Made by a program: the position numbers and the translations under genes | The notes under the pieces: generated by a model | The model's database searches: none | What the model was told of the DNA's origin: nothing | The model's input: only the letters and a program-made list of their open reading frames with translations | NCBI RefSeq assembly: GCF_018350175.1 | Contig: NC_058368.1 | Span: 20,958,001-21,022,000, forward strand | Length of the DNA stretch: 64,000 nt | Direction: 5' to 3' | DNA from: Felis catus | Taxonomy: Eukaryota | In this document: positions 59,585 through 64,000 of the stretch, piece after piece | Layout of the letters: each line of letters opens with the position of its first letter | Position numbering within the stretch: the stretch's first letter is position 1

Positions 59585-59769
59585 TACAGGTTCTTATTTT
59601 TAAGCTGCTTCTTCACCATTAGTATAGAATCAGATGCTTGGGGAAGAACTTCTACAGAAAAAATGGATGCTTCTATTTCCAAGTGGACTCTTCACAAGAC
59701 CTTGGAGTGAGCTCATCATTAGTTACCTAAAGACTTAAAATATTTAAATTACGGGCTGCAAATGACAAT

Positions 59770-60015
59770 GACAGCAACAACAGATACTCATTATGGATCT
59801 TCTTTTTAGAAGCCAAGGGGCTTCATATAATGTTCACAGCAATCCTATGAAATAGGAACACTTTTACCATTTTATATATATAAAAAACTGAACCTTAGGA
59901 AGGTAGTTTTCCCCAAGGTCCTCGGGTTGTAGGAGAAAGGTGTAAGTGAGAAAGCCAGATTTCAAACCCAATTTGTCTGAATCAAAAAATCTTGATGTTT
60001 CCTGATAATACCATG
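59770..60015. mobile_element. MIR
   Basis: 'tcacagcaatcctatgaaatagg...aaactgaacctta...ccaaggtc...gccagatttcaaaccca'. Confidence 0.8.
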
Positions 60016-61699
60016 AAGATACCTGAAGTAACGCAGAGACTATGACTTCTGGAAAGTGCTATATTTCTCCATCGTTTCCTCATCTACCTCCTGAATCCTT
60101 CAGATTCTCATGTCTTTCCCTCTCTCATTGCAAATCCATTTTCACTTGCCTGCGGGAACACACAATAAGATCTCCTAAAGAGACGGTGACTTGCCTGGTT
60201 TCCTCCAGGAAAATTCCCTGAACTTCACCATGAACTCCATTGAGCTAAAAAAGGCCTCTGTTGTATTTCAAAACACCTGGAGTCTACTCCTACCATTACA
60301 TACACTAGGTTATAATGTTTACCAGTTTGTAGTTCTCTATTACTGAGCTTCTGAATAGAACAAGTCAAGTCATAGCTACATTTGCATCTCAAGCATTTAG
60401 CACTGCCTTGGCATATAGTTGGTGCTCAGATACATTTTTTTGGATTAAACTGCCTCAAGATACCTCCATACTTCTCCCAGATCCTTAAGAATGGACACCA
60501 TACTTTTTAAAATTAAAAAATAAAAAACAAAACAAATTTGTAGAAAAAGGCCTTCAAGGACACAATGCCTGCCTAAAACAAATTTAATGACAATAACAGA
60601 CAATGTAGTCCTGACTCCAAATCACCAGGCTAATAAGCATCAAGTAACAAGCAACAGTGCAGAAGAATTATATGAATATGGAAACAGACTCCCTCTGAGG
60701 CATGGCTCAAAGGAAAAACCTAAAGCTGAAAATGAACATTGAGAAAAAGCCTCTGGCAAGCCAACCTCCACCCTAAACACAAAGTATCACTAGAGAAATG
60801 TGAAATCTATGAGGTACTGTGGGTAATCGTAGCAACAACAATCCCCAGGACCAGCTCGATTCCTGACTAGGTTGACCAATAATCCACATTAAGGCTCATC
60901 AGGAAGAAGTGTATTTATTTCCAGGCACAAAAACCACACGTGTATGTACTGTCCTACACAAGATGTTCAGCTTTCAACAAAAAATTACGAACATACAAAA
61001 ATAAAGCAAAAAGAAACAACACACTGTCTAGAGTAAATAATTACAATCAGACTCAGATATGACACAAAGGTTGAAACTGTAAGATAGGAAATTTAAAATA
61101 ACTATAATTAATATGTTAAAGGGTAAGGGGGCAAGGGGGACACGCAATCTTGGACAAGCAATTTCAGCAGACAGATGAAAACAACAAAGGAAGCTCAAAT
61201 AGAGATGCTAGAAATGAAAAACAAAGATACAGAGATGAAGGTTGCCACTAACTGGTTCATTAGGAGATTTGACACAGTCAAGGAAAGAATCAGTAAACCT
61301 GAATATAGGTCAATATAAATTACCCAAATTGAAACACAAAAGAAACAAGAGTGAAAAAAGCAGAATGGAACATCCAAAGGATATAGGACAATGACATATA
61401 TCTGAGATATGTTTAAATGGAATCTTATAAGAAGGGAGAAGGAATAAAGCAGATAAAACATTTGACGATAAAATGGCCAAGAATTTTCCATAATTAATGA
61501 CAGATACCAAGCTACAGGTCCAAGAAACACGGAGAACATCAAAAAGGATACACAAAATACAATACAAAGCAAACAAACCCTAGACATACCTTAATCAAAC
61601 TGCCAAAGAAAAAGAATAAACAAAGAAAACTGTCAAAAAACAAAAAAAAAAAGAGAAGAAAATTTTGAAGGCAGACAAAAGTAAACGATACATTAGCAC

Positions 61700-62450
61700 T
61701 GATATATATAAATGACTGAATAAGTAAAAACTGGAGGAGAAAAGACAAATCTCCCTTGCAGATGAATTCCAAATAAATTATGCAAATACCCTATACCTAA
61801 GAAGAGAGAGCATAACTCCCCACTCCTTAAATATGGGCTTTTCATACTCACTTCCTTCCAAAAAGTTCAGAAGGAAGGGAACAACTTTATAGTGCAGAAA
61901 CCTAACAAATGCTACCTCAGTCAGATGGTCAAGCCAACATTAACAGTGATAATTCATATTGATTACATGCACCCTTGATGTGATGTGACAAAAATATCAC
62001 TTTGCCTCTGCAGTCTTCCTCTCAAAACTCCGTAACCCCAGCCTAATTATGAGAAAAACATCAGAAAAATCCAAATTAAGGGAAATTCTAAAAAATACCA
62101 GACCAATAACTCTTCAAAACTACCATGCTCATCAAAAACAAAGAAAGTCTGAAAAACAGACAAGAGGAGACTAAGGAAAAACGATGACTATATATAACCT
62201 GGTATTTTAGACGGTATTCTAGAATACAAAAAGGACACAAGGTAAAAACTAAGAAAATCTGAATCAAGTATGGACTTTAGTTAATACTAATCTATCAATA
62301 TTGTTTCATTAGTTGTAACAGATTTGTCATACTAATATGAGATATTAATAATAGAGGAAAATGGGTATGGTGTATATTGAAACTCTGTTTCACAAGTCAC
62401 AATTTTTCTGTAAATCTAAAACTATTCTAAAAATAAATTTTATTAGAAAC
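61700..62450 (+). mobile_element. L1MC/MD-like 3' end nested in the L1 ORF1 region
   Basis: 'gagcataactccccactccttaa', 'gtatggactttagttaata', 'ttttctgtaaatctaaaactattctaaaaataaa'. Confidence 0.75.
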
Positions 62451-63303
62451 AACATAAAATTAAAGACATATCACATGGAGAGGAGCAAAGATAAAAACAA
62501 ACTTCTCAAACTGTGAAAACCAGAGAAAAAAATGGAGTGACATCTTTAAAGTGAAGATTTTTTTAAAAACTCAACCCAGAATCTTGTACCCAGAAAAACA
62601 TTTTTTTTAATGAAGGAAAAGATTTTTTTTTTAACTGAGAGAATTTATTGCCAGTAGACCTGCACCTACAGGTCTTTTGAGCAGAAGGACTATAATATCA
62701 GCCAGAAAGTTCGATCTATGCAAACAAATGAAAAGGGCTACAAAGAGAATGAGTAAAGGTTGTTTTTTTTTTTAATTCATTTTCATACTGGTAAGTGTTC
62801 TAAAAGATAACTATGTGAAACAAAAATAGTATCAGTGTGTTGTGTGCTTATAACCTAGTAAAACTAAAATGTAGAGCATAAGCTATAGCATGGAGAAATT
62901 GGGAATATACTGTTGTAAGGCCCTCATACTATATGTGAAGAAATATAATATTATTTGAAGGTAAACTCAGGTTAATCAAAGACACGTGTTGTAACTTTTA
63001 CAAAAAGTAAAAATAAGGAAGAGGTATAAATAATAAGCCAACACTGAAGATAAAATGAAACAATAAAAAATTTTAAATTATCCGAAAAATGGCTGTAAAG
63101 GGCAAAATAATAAAGAACAGATAGAGCAAATAGAAAACAGCAAGCAAGTGGGTAGATTTTAATCTGACCATATTAATAATAACATTAAATATAAACATTC
63201 TCAACAAAATAATTAAAACCAGAAATTGTCAGGTTGAGTAAAAAAGCAAGACCCAAATTATAGGCTCTCTACCAGAAACTCATTTTAAATATAAAGATCA
63301 ATT

Positions 63304-63435
63304 GGGGCACCTGGATGGTTCAGTCGGTTTAGCATGCGACTTCAGCTCAGGTCATGATCTCACGGTTCATGGGTTCGAGCCCTGCAGAGGGCTCTGTGCT
63401 GACAGCCCAGAGCCTGGAGCCTGCTTTGGATTCAT

Positions 63436-63476
<41 letters not shown>

Positions 63477-63560
63477 GTCCCTCCCCTGCTCATAGTCTGT
63501 CTCTGTCTCTCAGAAAGATAAAAATAAAATGTTAACAAATTAAAAATATATATCTATGTG
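63304..63560 (+). mobile_element. Can-SINE with expanded (CT)n
   Basis: SINEC head. aagatcaatt repeated at 63294-63303 and 63561-63570 (TSD). Confidence 0.93.
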
Positions 63561-64000
63561 AAGATCAATTAAAATAAAAGATAGAGAAATGTATACTATA
63601 CCAAAAATAATCAAGGGAAAAGCTGGCATACTCAATTAATATAAAATGAAGTATACTACAAAAGGAATATTACCAAGGAAAAAGGAAAAAATAACCTCTG
63701 AACAAAAAGATAAATTCTCCAAGAAGATATAACAATCCTAAATGTGTATTTGCTTAGCAACAGAGCTTCAAAATTCTTGAAGTAAAAATTTATGGAACAT
63801 AAATGAGAAATAGGGAAATCCAAAATAACAGTGGAAATTTCAACATTCCTCTTTCTGTAATTGACAGAACAAGTAGGCCAAAGTCTTCATCATTACTATC
63901 AACCAATTTGACCTAAGTTGACATTTGTAGACTATTACATCCAATTATACATTATACATTACATTATACATATTCTCTTCAAGTGCACTTATAACATTCA

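Larger units (their letters stand above)
60560..64000 (+). mobile_element. Old L1 (5' region, ORF1, start of ORF2), runs off the window
   Basis: ORF1-like 'gagatttgacacagtcaaggaaagaatcagtaaacctgaatataggtcaata', 'aatggccaagaattttcca'. ORF2-EN-like 'caagaagatataacaatcctaaatgtgtat'. Confidence 0.85.

Noticed and set aside
1..64000. CRISPR array, operon or other prokaryotic/viral system
   Set aside because: No regularly spaced repeats or gene-dense regions; repeated sequence is explained by mammalian TEs and microsatellites.

Overview
Mammalian genomic DNA from a felid. The assignment rests on many tRNA-derived Can-SINEs of the feline SINEC_Fc type and two young L1_Fc 3' ends. The window reads as intronic or intergenic. 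No ORF in the track resembles a recognisable cellular protein: the longer ones are SINE or L1 translations, microsatellites or chance frames. Much of the window is transposon-derived, including about 19 Can-SINEs (most with target-site duplications, TSDs), young and old L1s, L2/MIR relics, MLT1/ERVL LTRs and hAT MITEs (MER33, MER81, Charlie-like). There is no prokaryotic-type system (CRISPR, operon, rRNA, genuine tRNA). The most interesting signal is a candidate 12-nt minus-strand microexon at 44476-44487. It has a very long polypyrimidine tract, a branch point, UGC motifs and a downstream RBFOX motif, and a young SINE has inserted so that its TSD starts exactly at the donor GT. Other notable items are a twin-primed (5'-inverted) L1 with no visible TSD, a 134-bp locally templated duplication, re-used SINE target sites and several further candidate exons and promoters. 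The host gene could not be identified from sequence alone. Repeat family names come from recalled consensus motifs, and boundaries of old repeats are approximate.
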